A stretch of DNA of 37,781 nt from Desulfitobacteriaceae bacterium. GTDB lineage: Bacteria > Bacillota > Desulfitobacteriia > Desulfitobacteriales > Desulfitobacteriaceae. The translations under genes and the position numbers were made by a program. The stretch lies in NCBI GenBank assembly GCA_035561335.1, contig DATMXV010000303.1, forward strand, positions 1-37,781, read 5' to 3'. Positions 18,175 through 26,112 of this stretch are shown piece after piece. Each line of letters begins with the position of its first letter. The first letter of the stretch is position 1. Below the pieces are notes generated by a model that was not told where the DNA came from, made no database searches, and worked only from the letters and a program-made list of their open reading frames with translations.

Positions 18175-18332
18175 AGCATTAACCTCCTTGCACAAGAAAT
18201 GACACTTGTTAAGTTTATCAAAAATTTTAAAAGTTGGCAAGTTTATTAGATTGAAAAACAACTAAATACTGAAAAACCCTGATTGTTAAAAGAAAAGTAT
18301 TAAAAAATCAGTACCGAAAGGGGGCATTATTA

Positions 18333-18707
18333 ATGGGTAAGGAAATTAATAACAGCCTGGGGAAAATTAATATTTCGGAAGAAGTTATTGCGACAATAGC
18401 AGGTGGCGCTGCCCTTGAATGTTCCGGTTTGGTTGGTATGGCTTCCCGTAACCTGAAAGACGGGTTTGCTGATTTGCTCCGCCGTGATAATTTGGCGCGG
18501 GGTGTAGAAGTTACTATTCAGGAAAATGAGGTCAGCATCGAACTCTTCGTAATTGTTGGCTATGGCATTAATATTTCTGAAGCGGCAGCAAATATAATGG
18601 ACAGGGTCCGGAATGCCATTGAAAAATATACCGGGTTTACAGTAGATAAAGTGAATGTCAATATCCAGGGCGTACGTGTTTTGGACAAAAATTTGGACAA
18701 GAAATAA
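18333..18707 (+). CDS. Asp23/Gls24-family stress protein (YloU-like)
   Basis: 124 aa with typical Asp23 sequence (GKINISEEVIATIAG...GVEV...VNVNIQGV). It is divergent from rpmB, as in other Firmicutes. Confidence 0.85.
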   Translation: MGKEINNSLGKINISEEVIATIAGGAALECSGLVGMASRNLKDGFADLLRRDNLARGVEVTIQENEVSIELFVIVGYGINISEAAANIMDRVRNAIEKYTGFTVDKVNVNIQGVRVLDKNLDKK

Positions 18708-18753
18708 AAGATTGGCGCACCCCTGCCGGGAGAAAGGATTAGAACTGGTTCTT

Positions 18754-21069
18754 ATGCTTAATAAGCAACAACAAGTTGTATTGAATAATCTTAGACAGGC
18801 GTTCCTGGCGGAAGAAAGAAAAGGTTTTTCCGATACCGGAGGGGGCGGTGGATTTCATAATTTATTATCAGGTATGGTCCCAAGGCTGGAACAGCTCTTC
18901 CCGGGAATTGATTTTCAGCCGATGAGGCAAATTGCCGGAGAATATCAGGCTTGGGGACAAATAAAGAGAGAGCAGGGTTTGGCTGAACTTGCTTTTTTTC
19001 TTGATAAACTGTTTATTTCTCCCGGAATAGACAAACAGGCTGCTTCTCCCAGGCAATCATCTGATACAGGACTGCAATATTTTAAAGGGATTGGTCCATA
19101 TAGGTTAAAACAGTTACAAAAAGCGGGAATTACAACGATTGAGGACCTGTTTATGTACTATCCCCGCCGTTATGAAGAGCGCCGTCCGGTTCGGATAATT
19201 GAACTCAGGGACGGTGAATATGTAACAGTTATCGCCAGGGTAATGGCCGGTCAGGTTTCCAATGGAAGGGTAAAAGTTGTGAAACTTACTCTGGGGCAGG
19301 AAGGCAGTTTAACACAGGCGGTATGGTTTAACCAACCATACATTGTTAAGCAGTATCCGCCGGGAACGTTGGTTAAAGTAACCGGAAAAGTCCGTTTTTT
19401 TCAGCGCTTCCCGGAAATAATGGCTAATGAGATTGAGAAGCTTGCCGCTAAGGAAGGGATAACTGCCCTTCCCCGGGAAATTGTCCCTGTTTATCCGGAA
19501 ACCGGGGATTTATCATCTAAGGTATTGCGCAGTATTATTAAAGGCCTGTTTCAACATACTATTCAGTATTTCCCGGAATTTTTAAATCAGGAAGACCAAA
19601 ATGGCTGGATGGAACGGGCTTTAGCCTACAGGGAGATTCATTTTCCTTCTTCCTGGGAGAATTTGCATAAAGCCCGGGAACGTTTGGTTTGGGAAGAGGT
19701 CCTTTTCCTGCAGTTAAGTGTGGCCCGGATGCGTCTTGGGATCGAACGTCAGGAAAGTCCTCCGCTCTCGGGAGGCGGGGACTTGGTTAAACGCTTCATG
19801 CAAATGTTGCCTTTTGAGCTGACTGCAGCTCAAAGGCGGATTATCCAGGAGATTTTCCGGGATCTCAGGAACAGCAAAGGAATGGCCCGTTTGGTTCAGG
19901 GTGATGTCGGTTCAGGAAAAACCGTTGTTGCTATGGCGGCATTATTGCGTACTGTAGAGTCCGGTTACCAGGGAGCAATGATGGCCCCTACCGAGATTCT
20001 GGCCTGGCAGCATTACCAGTCATTTGTAAAGGTGTTTGAGTCCCTGGGTGTTAAGGCGGCTATTTTACTGGGCAGTCAGAAACGTAGTGAGAGAGAGGCA
20101 AACCAACTTGAAATTGCCAGTGGCCGGGCCCAGGTGATCGTAGGGACCCATGCCTTAATCCAGGAAAAAATCAAGTATAAGGCTTTGGGATTGGCTGTCA
20201 CAGATGAACAGCATCGTTTTGGAGTACGGCAAAGGACAATGCTGCAAAGTAAAGGGGAGAATCCCCATGTCCTGGTACTTAGCGCCACCCCGATCCCCCG
20301 AACGTTGGCGCTTACGATGTATGGGGACCTGCAGCTTTCCCTTTTGAATGAATTACCTGTTGGCCGAAAACCGGTGTTAACCCGGAAACTGTCTGAAAGG
20401 GGACGGCCCCAGCTCGAAAAATTTTTGGAAAAACAAATGGCATCAGGCCGGCAGATTTTTGTCGTTTGTCCTTTGGTAGAAGAATCGGAAGCTTTGGATG
20501 TAATATCTGCGACTAACCATGCAAGCTATTTCCAGGAACGGTACCCTGAGCGGCGGGTGACTTTAATTCACGGGAAGATGAAAGGGAATGATAAAGAAAG
20601 GATTATGCAGGATTTTTTGGCGCATAAGACAGACATTCTTGTGGCTACGACTGTAGTTGAGGTTGGGGTAAACATTCCTAATGCCACAGTTATGGTCGTG
20701 GAGGGCGCCGAACGTTTTGGCCTGGCCCAGATTCATCAGCTTCGGGGACGGGTTGGGCGGGGGAGTGAGCAATCCTATTGTTTTCTGATGACAGAACAGA
20801 ACAGCAAGCGCTTGGATATTCTTTGCGAAACAAATGACGGCTTTAAGATTGCTGAGGAGGATTTACGTTTGCGCGGACCCGGGGAAATTTTGGGTACACG
20901 TCAGCATGGCCTGCCTGAACTGCGCCTGGCGGACCCTTTGCGGGATGCTGAGCTGATTGAAAAGGCTTACCTGATGACTCAGAAAGTTTTGCAAAATCCG
21001 GATAACTACTTAAATTTATTGCAGGAAATTGAATACTTTTATTCAATCCAAAAGATTGGCTTACATTGA
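18754..21069 (+). CDS. recG: ATP-dependent DNA helicase RecG, with a long N-terminal extension
   Basis: Has a wedge/OB region, GDVGSGKT, a DEQHRFG box and the QLRGRVGRG motif. ATG 18754 was chosen because the track start at 18655 overlaps the Asp23 gene. Confidence 0.9.
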   Translation: MLNKQQQVVLNNLRQAFLAEERKGFSDTGGGGGFHNLLSGMVPRLEQLFPGIDFQPMRQIAGEYQAWGQIKREQGLAELAFFLDKLFISPGIDKQAASPRQSSDTGLQYFKGIGPYRLKQLQKAGITTIEDLFMYYPRRYEERRPVRIIELRDGEYVTVIARVMAGQVSNGRVKVVKLTLGQEGSLTQAVWFNQPYIVKQYPPGTLVKVTGKVRFFQRFPEIMANEIEKLAAKEGITALPREIVPVYPETGDLSSKVLRSIIKGLFQHTIQYFPEFLNQEDQNGWMERALAYREIHFPSSWENLHKARERLVWEEVLFLQLSVARMRLGIERQESPPLSGGGDLVKRFMQMLPFELTAAQRRIIQEIFRDLRNSKGMARLVQGDVGSGKTVVAMAALLRTVESGYQGAMMAPTEILAWQHYQSFVKVFESLGVKAAILLGSQKRSEREANQLEIASGRAQVIVGTHALIQEKIKYKALGLAVTDEQHRFGVRQRTMLQSKGENPHVLVLSATPIPRTLALTMYGDLQLSLLNELPVGRKPVLTRKLSERGRPQLEKFLEKQMASGRQIFVVCPLVEESEALDVISATNHASYFQERYPERRVTLIHGKMKGNDKERIMQDFLAHKTDILVATTVVEVGVNIPNATVMVVEGAERFGLAQIHQLRGRVGRGSEQSYCFLMTEQNSKRLDILCETNDGFKIAEEDLRLRGPGEILGTRQHGLPELRLADPLRDAELIEKAYLMTQKVLQNPDNYLNLLQEIEYFYSIQKIGLH

Positions 21070-21224
21070 ATTTTTTTAGCTGTTAAGGAAACTATGGGAT
21101 GATTTGTCGGGTATCTTAAGTAATCTTTAGTAAATAATATTATTTAGATTAAGAGTTGAAAATCAAGCGGTAACGAAGCAGGTTTATCGCTTATAGAGTT
21201 GATAGTATAAGGGAGGTTGGAGTT

Positions 21225-21344
21225 ATGCAGGATAAACCCAATATTCAATTATCTTCGGAAATGGAAAAGTTTAAGTATGAAGTAGCCCAGGAAATAGGTA
21301 TGGCCAATCGCAAACCCAAAAAAGCAAAAGGCAGCCAATATTAA
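21225..21344 (+). CDS. 39-aa protein resembling alpha/beta-type small acid-soluble spore proteins (short form)
   Basis: Not in the ORF track because it is under 60 aa. The RBS AAGGGAGG lies 7-8 nt upstream. MQDKPNIQLSSEMEKFKYEVAQEIGMANRKPKKAKGSQY contains the SASP-like core KYE(V/I)AxE(F/I)G. Confidence 0.55.
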   Translation: MQDKPNIQLSSEMEKFKYEVAQEIGMANRKPKKAKGSQY

Positions 21345-21345
21345 T

Positions 21346-21369
21346 AAAAGAGCGGGCAACCGCTCTTTT
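21346..21369. terminator. Bidirectional terminator shared by the SASP-like ORF and gpr
   Basis: A 10-bp stem AAAAGAGCGG / CCGCTCTTTT with a GCAA loop, with A and T runs built into the arms. Confidence 0.75.
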
Positions 21370-21370
21370 A

Positions 21371-22357
21371 TCACTGCAGATAACGTTCGAAATCTGAGTT
21401 GTCAATCCCCGGATGCAAGCTTATCCCTAATGCTCCGGCAATTATCCTGGCAGTTGTTTTAATCAGACTGTCAATTTCTTTAGGCGTTACCATTAAATTG
21501 CCTTTAAAGGGAGAGAGTGCCTCATCTAATATTTTGGTTGTAAATTGGGAATTTATTTCGTTAGAGAATTCAGTAAATTTTTTGTTAGTGTTTAAATGTT
21601 CAATAAAGATATCCAGGCAATTGCTGGCGATTACCGCAGCATTAACGACCGTAGGGACGCCAATGGCAATAACTTTGCAGCCCATAGTCTCCTGATTGAT
21701 TTTACTCCGTTTGTTTCCTATCCCGGATCCGGGATTAATGCCTGTATCCGCCAACTGGATGCTTGTGCCTATACGATCTAAAGAGCCTGAAGCCAGGGCG
21801 TCTATGGCAATAATAAGATCAGGTTTTACATGTTCGGCGATTCCCCGGATAATTTCTGCAGTTTCGATTCCGGTTATACCTAAAACACCGGGGGCAATGG
21901 CGCTTACCTTGCGTAATTTTCCCCTGAGTTCTGCCGGTGAGTAGTGAAACAGGTGCCGGGTAACCAGGCTTTTATTAATAACTTCTGGTCCAAGGGCATC
22001 CGGAGTTGCATTTCTGTTGCCCAAACCGACTAAAAGAACGCTGGTATTGTTATTCAGGTCCATAAGTTTTTGCAGTTTTTGACTTAGGATTTCCGTAATA
22101 CTTTTATGAACATCGTAGTTATTCTGACGTAAATCCGGAGCATCAATTGTTATGTATTGTCCCCGTGGTTTCCCCATTTCCTGAACTCCCTGTTCAGTTT
22201 CGACAGTAATTGTAGTTACCGTGGCATGTTTAAATCGTTCCTCTTCCAGCCGGACGCCGGGAATTGTCTGGTTTGATTCCTTACTTAATATCTCATGTGC
22301 TTCAACTGCCAAATCTACATAAACATTATAATACCGGAATATTTCTGACTTCTTCAT
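21371..22357 (-). CDS. gpr: Germination protease (spore endopeptidase GPR)
   Basis: Strong family resemblance, including VGLGNRNATPDALGP, APGVLGITGIET, DALA, GINPGSGIGNKR and LMVTPKEIDS. Confidence 0.93.
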   Translation of the reverse strand: MKKSEIFRYYNVYVDLAVEAHEILSKESNQTIPGVRLEEERFKHATVTTITVETEQGVQEMGKPRGQYITIDAPDLRQNNYDVHKSITEILSQKLQKLMDLNNNTSVLLVGLGNRNATPDALGPEVINKSLVTRHLFHYSPAELRGKLRKVSAIAPGVLGITGIETAEIIRGIAEHVKPDLIIAIDALASGSLDRIGTSIQLADTGINPGSGIGNKRSKINQETMGCKVIAIGVPTVVNAAVIASNCLDIFIEHLNTNKKFTEFSNEINSQFTTKILDEALSPFKGNLMVTPKEIDSLIKTTARIIAGALGISLHPGIDNSDFERYLQ

Positions 22358-22602
22358 GAAGGAATCCTCCTTTAGTAAATTTTGCTGACATAGGATTAAA
22401 AAAGGCCACCGGCCTGCTGACCTGTGACCAGAGAGGAGAAAATAAGGAAGAATTGTATGGGGGAAAGGCTAATTTGCCTTTTTGCTAGTATGAACTATTA
22501 GCCGGTTTTTATTCGGGATTCTGATTGCCAACTTTTGATCATATTTGATACCTTGTATGAAAAATTTTGTTAAAATTGGGCTGGTTTTCTCATGTCTTTG
22601 AT

Positions 22603-22611
22603 TGTTATAAT
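22603..22611 (+). promoter_or_regulatory. Extended -10 promoter element (TGtTATAAT) upstream of rsmD
   Basis: TGTTATAAT at 22603-22611 lies about 18 nt before the rsmD start. The -35 element is weak. Confidence 0.35.
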
Positions 22612-22628
22612 ATAAGTGGAGGATTTTG

Positions 22629-23177
22629 ATGCGGATTATAGCCGGAAATATGCGTGGACGAAACCTTAAAACTGGAGAAGGTTTGTTGATCCGTCCGACT
22701 TCTGATAAGATCAGAGGCGCGATCTTTAATGTCCTCAGGAATAAAGTGGTTGAGGCCAAAGTTTTGGATCTTTTTGCGGGAACAGGCAGCCTGGCAATTG
22801 AAGCCCTGTCGCGCGGCGCCAAAGAAGCGGTTCTGGTCGAAGAAAGTCCGGCAGCCTGGAAGATAATCAGGGGAAATCTTGAAAAAGTCGGGGTCCTGGA
22901 CTGCACTACCCTGATACATCAGGATGCTTTACGTTATTTGGCGTCAAATCAAGAGGTATTTGACCTCATTTTTCTTGATCCGCCTTATCGCCAGGGATTA
23001 GTGGCGCGGGTTATGCCCATGCTGGCAAATCCTTGCCGTTTAAGCCCTGCTGGGGTAATTGTGGTTGAGACAGGTAAAGATGAAGGACTTCCTGAGGAAT
23101 TGGGTCCTTTTGAGATACGTAAAGTGAGTAAGTATGGAGATACCAGAGTATGGTATTTGCAAAGAATAGATTTGTAA
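22629..23177 (+). CDS. rsmD: 16S rRNA (guanine966-N2)-methyltransferase RsmD
   Basis: MRIIAGNMRGRNL..., DLFAGTGSLAIEALSRGA and the DPPY motif are present. The RBS GGAGGA lies 6 nt before the ATG. Confidence 0.9.
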   Translation: MRIIAGNMRGRNLKTGEGLLIRPTSDKIRGAIFNVLRNKVVEAKVLDLFAGTGSLAIEALSRGAKEAVLVEESPAAWKIIRGNLEKVGVLDCTTLIHQDALRYLASNQEVFDLIFLDPPYRQGLVARVMPMLANPCRLSPAGVIVVETGKDEGLPEELGPFEIRKVSKYGDTRVWYLQRIDL

Positions 23178-23195
23178 AACAGGGGGAGATGGATT

Positions 23196-23684
23196 TTGGA
23201 TAGTGATGTTTTAGGTTTGCTTGAAGAATTGGAGGAAATTGTTGACCGCGGTGTTAAAATTCCTATGACAGGGAAGGTTTTAGTTGATGATTCGGTAATC
23301 TTTGAGTTGTTGGACCGGATCCGCTCAATCTTGCCTGAGGAAATCCGTAATGCCAAGTGGATTTTAAATGAACGGCAAAGAATTATTGATGAGGCCCAGG
23401 CAGAAGCGCAAAAACTAATGGACCGTGGAAAAAATTATATGGAAAAAATGGCTGAAGACAATGAGATCGTAAAACAGGCCCAGAGTTATGCTGAGGAAGT
23501 TGTTCGTCAGGCTCAAAATTATGCCCGGGAGGTTAAATTTGGGGCTGTGCAGTACGCAGATGAGATGCTGGAAAATATCGAAGTAAAAGTTCACGAAACT
23601 GTGCAGGCAATCCGGCGTAACCGTGAGGAGCTTAAAATAACCGTTAAAGAAAAAACCGCTGAAACTGAGGTGAAGAGTGGGTAA
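23196..23684 (+). CDS. Coiled-coil protein of unknown function
   Basis: 162 aa, charged and helical, with Q/E/A/K-rich heptad-like sequence. TTG start with the RBS GGGGGAG 6 nt upstream. I cannot name the family with confidence. Confidence 0.6.
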   Translation: MDSDVLGLLEELEEIVDRGVKIPMTGKVLVDDSVIFELLDRIRSILPEEIRNAKWILNERQRIIDEAQAEAQKLMDRGKNYMEKMAEDNEIVKQAQSYAEEVVRQAQNYAREVKFGAVQYADEMLENIEVKVHETVQAIRRNREELKITVKEKTAETEVKSG

Positions 23685-23699
23685 TAAACTCACTCTTTT
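23673..23699 (+). terminator. Rho-independent terminator
   Basis: Stem AAGAGTGGG / CTCACTCTT with a 7-nt loop that contains the stop codon, followed by TTTT. Confidence 0.6.
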
Positions 23700-23812
23700 C
23701 TGTTAGGCAGTAAAATAAATCATTATTGCCCACTCACATACTCTGTGTTTGCTATTCACTTGACAATTAAGCTACACGCCAAAACCTCTGGGCTTTGCTG
23801 CATGAATTACCG

Positions 23813-24985
23813 CTATTTGTACTTGGCCCGGAGTCGATATAGAAGAGATAGTACCAGTAAGCATCCGATAGAGCCGGCGAAGATGAGAAAACTCAGCCGC
23901 CAGGTATTTAACCAAAGCTGGGTTGTGGGGATTGGCGGAAGAAACAGGCCGGTGGCGGCCGGGACTTTGCTGACGAACAGAAAAAGCTGGCTTAGTGCCA
24001 GAGCAAGGAAGGCATGGAGAATCCGGGCAAAAACGAAGGGCCCCATCCGAAGGTCAGTTTCTGCGGTAAAACTGGCTATCTGGGCAAAAATTGACAAACC
24101 GCTCCAGCCCATTAGAAATGAAAGAGTCCCGATTTGTTGGGAAAGCGCGGGAAAAGTTTGAATTGCTCCCTGACAGCCAATAGTCATTTCGAAGAGGCCG
24201 TTAATTATGCTTTCGATCCTTTCCACTGCTAGTAAACCGCCTGTTAAAGGGTGGATCAGGACTGCCAGGACCGAAGTAATATGCCAGGTTGTTAATAAAT
24301 GGATTATTACGGAGAAAAAAACCACAAACCCGCCTACTGTTATCACATTTGTGGCACTGTTACGGATAGAATCTCCCAGAATTCTTCCCACTGGACGGCC
24401 GTCAAGGTTTTGAGCATGTTTCATTTCCTGAAATGCTTTTTTCAAACTTGGGGCCGGCGCCGGATGCCGGGAATTTTGGTCTGAATGATAAAAACGGAAC
24501 AGCAGGCCAACTCCCAGATTAGCAAGATAAACTGCGCCGGCTAAAATAATACCTAGTTCAGGCTGGCCTAACATTCCCGAAGCTACCGCCCCAAACATGA
24601 AACCGGGGCTGGGATTATTGGTAAAAGCCAGTAAGCGTTGACCTTCCTCCCGGGTTATTTCAGCCTGATTGCGCAGACGGGCAGTTAAAACTGCTCCCAG
24701 AGGAAATCCCGAAGTATACCCCATAACAATAACAAAGGAAGCTTTACCCGGTAAATGAAACAAAGGACGCATCAGGGGTTCCAGCATAACCCCGAGAAAA
24801 TGAACGAAACCCTGCGCGATCAAAAGTTCCGACAGGATAAAAAAAGGCAGCAAGGCAGGAAGTACATAGCGCCACCAGAGAGTGAGTCCGGCAGTAGCGG
24901 AAGTCAGAACATCTTGGGGATTGGCAAACATTCCTATAGCCAGCAAAGCCAGGGGCAGTATGCGCAGCAGTGCATTCATAAGCAA
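23813..24985 (-). CDS. ylbJ: Sporulation integral membrane protein YlbJ
   Basis: 390-aa polytopic membrane protein with a nucleoside-recognition-like repeat architecture. The N-terminus (LWWRYVLPALLPFFILSELL...GFPLGA) is typical of YlbJ. Confidence 0.85.
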   Translation of the reverse strand: MLMNALLRILPLALLAIGMFANPQDVLTSATAGLTLWWRYVLPALLPFFILSELLIAQGFVHFLGVMLEPLMRPLFHLPGKASFVIVMGYTSGFPLGAVLTARLRNQAEITREEGQRLLAFTNNPSPGFMFGAVASGMLGQPELGIILAGAVYLANLGVGLLFRFYHSDQNSRHPAPAPSLKKAFQEMKHAQNLDGRPVGRILGDSIRNSATNVITVGGFVVFFSVIIHLLTTWHITSVLAVLIHPLTGGLLAVERIESIINGLFEMTIGCQGAIQTFPALSQQIGTLSFLMGWSGLSIFAQIASFTAETDLRMGPFVFARILHAFLALALSQLFLFVSKVPAATGLFLPPIPTTQLWLNTWRLSFLIFAGSIGCLLVLSLLYRLRAKYK

Positions 24986-25030
24986 TTCACCTGTTTTTAA
25001 ATAGCAGTTATTATATAGGGATTCAGAATT

Positions 25031-25161
25031 CAGGAGTCAGAATAATATCGGTATTCTTCCAGAAAACCTTATGTAATTTTAAAAAAAATTCAGAAGTATA
25101 CTTTTTATGCTATACAACAAGTCTTCAAATGTTTTCGCTGGTTCTCTCATTCTGACTCCTG
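25031..25161. repeat. 13-bp perfect inverted repeat (CAGGAGTCAGAAT / ATTCTGACTCCTG) flanking a 105-bp AT-rich spacer
   Basis: The left arm is 25031-25043 and the right arm is 25149-25161. A third partial copy, CTCCTGACTCC, lies at 25171-25181. All are in the divergent ylbJ/yceD intergenic region. Confidence 0.8.
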
Positions 25162-25253
25162 TTTTCTGTCTCCTGACTCCCGAGTAGTTAAAAATAGATA
25201 TCTGGATGGAGTACCTACCTGAATAATATGGTTGATTGAGCAGATTCATTCGC

Positions 25254-25282
25254 TTGACAAAGAAAATAGTGACATCTATAAT
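25254..25282 (+). promoter_or_regulatory. Consensus SigA promoter for yceD-rpmF
   Basis: TTGACA (25254-25259), a 17-nt spacer, then TATAAT (25277-25282). Confidence 0.7.
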
Positions 25283-25308
25283 AATTTATGTGTATTGAGG
25301 TGGTAAAC

Positions 25309-25818
25309 ATGGAAATAGATATATCTCAAATTCGCCGGGACCTGGGATCGACTGTTTTTTTTGATGTAAGCGAAAATATCCCCGGATTCTTGTTTGGGAC
25401 TGATAATGTGGCCTTTAATACACCGTTGCATGTTCAAATAAAGGTGCATAATACCGGAAAGCTTTTACTGGTTCAGGGAACTATTCAGACAAATCTCAAC
25501 GTAACCTGCGGACGCTGTTTGGAAGAGTTTATTTATCCGTTGGAACTGGCATATGAGGATGAATGGATTTTGCGTGAGCTTGCGTCCGAAGATCAAAAAG
25601 AAACCGCTTTCCTTTTTGATAAGGATGAGGTCGAGATTAGGGACCGGATTTTAGAGCAAATTGTCATGGCTTTACCGATGAAATTTATTTGTTCTGCAGA
25701 GTGTTTGGGTCTCTGCCCGGCTTGTGGCGTTAACTTGAATTCAGTCAAGTGCAAATGTCAAAACAAAGAACTTGATCCCCGTTTGGCTGGTTTAGCGAAG
25801 TGGCGCTCGGATGATTAA
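25309..25818 (+). CDS. yceD: DUF177 protein YceD/YlbN
   Basis: ATG 25309 follows the RBS GAGGTGG. The Cys pairs CGRC and CPAC are typical of DUF177. It lies immediately upstream of rpmF, as in many bacteria. Confidence 0.88.
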   Translation: MEIDISQIRRDLGSTVFFDVSENIPGFLFGTDNVAFNTPLHVQIKVHNTGKLLLVQGTIQTNLNVTCGRCLEEFIYPLELAYEDEWILRELASEDQKETAFLFDKDEVEIRDRILEQIVMALPMKFICSAECLGLCPACGVNLNSVKCKCQNKELDPRLAGLAKWRSDD

Positions 25819-25847
25819 TCGTAGAGTTTTTAAAGGGGGTGTAATCT

Positions 25848-26027
25848 ATGGGTGTTGCTCAACATCGACAATCCAAGTCCAGAGTACGTAAGCGTCGGGC
25901 TATGTGGAAATTAACTGCTCCTAACCACATCGAATGCCCCCAATGCCATCAGCCGAAATTACAGCATTTTGTTTGCCCGAATTGTGGATATTATAAGGCT
26001 AAACAAGTGATTGATCTGAGTAAATAG
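25848..26027 (+). CDS. rpmF: 50S ribosomal protein L32
   Basis: Not in the track because it is 59 aa. MGVAQHRQSKSRVRKRRAMW...CPQC...CPNCGYYK is a zinc-ribbon L32. The RBS is AAGGGGG. Confidence 0.93.
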   Translation: MGVAQHRQSKSRVRKRRAMWKLTAPNHIECPQCHQPKLQHFVCPNCGYYKAKQVIDLSK

Positions 26028-26045
26028 TTGTAATTTTGGAAAATT

Positions 26046-26072
26046 GAATCCTTCTCATGAGGATTCTTTTTT
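26046..26072 (+). terminator. Rho-independent terminator after rpmF
   Basis: GAATCCT-TCTCATG-AGGATTC followed by TTTTTT. Confidence 0.75.
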
Positions 26073-26112
26073 ATTTAAGTCAGATAGGTTATATTATATT
26101 TAATCTTTAATC

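Noticed and set aside
22398-22415. A minus-strand AGGCC-GGU-GGCCU hairpin followed by U6, about 40 nt upstream of the gpr start codon.
   Set aside because: The stem has only 5 bp and the loop only 3 nt. There is no upstream minus-strand gene to terminate. It is too weak to call a terminator or attenuator.
22457-22501. A 14-codon ORF (MGERLICLFASMNY) with an AAGGAAG RBS, upstream of rsmD.
   Set aside because: It may be a chance ORF. There is no evidence beyond the RBS-like purine run. It is mentioned only within the leader-region finding.
23745-24161. A plus-strand 138-aa ORF antisense to ylbJ. Similar shadow ORFs occur at 22469-22919 (-), 24207-25000 (+), 21399-21944 (+), 32110-32555 (-), 34241-35432 (-) and in many other antisense entries in the track.
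   Set aside because: They lie entirely within well-supported genes on the opposite strand or in an alternative frame. Their composition is low-complexity or Arg/Ser/Pro-rich, as is typical of antisense frames. They have no RBS.
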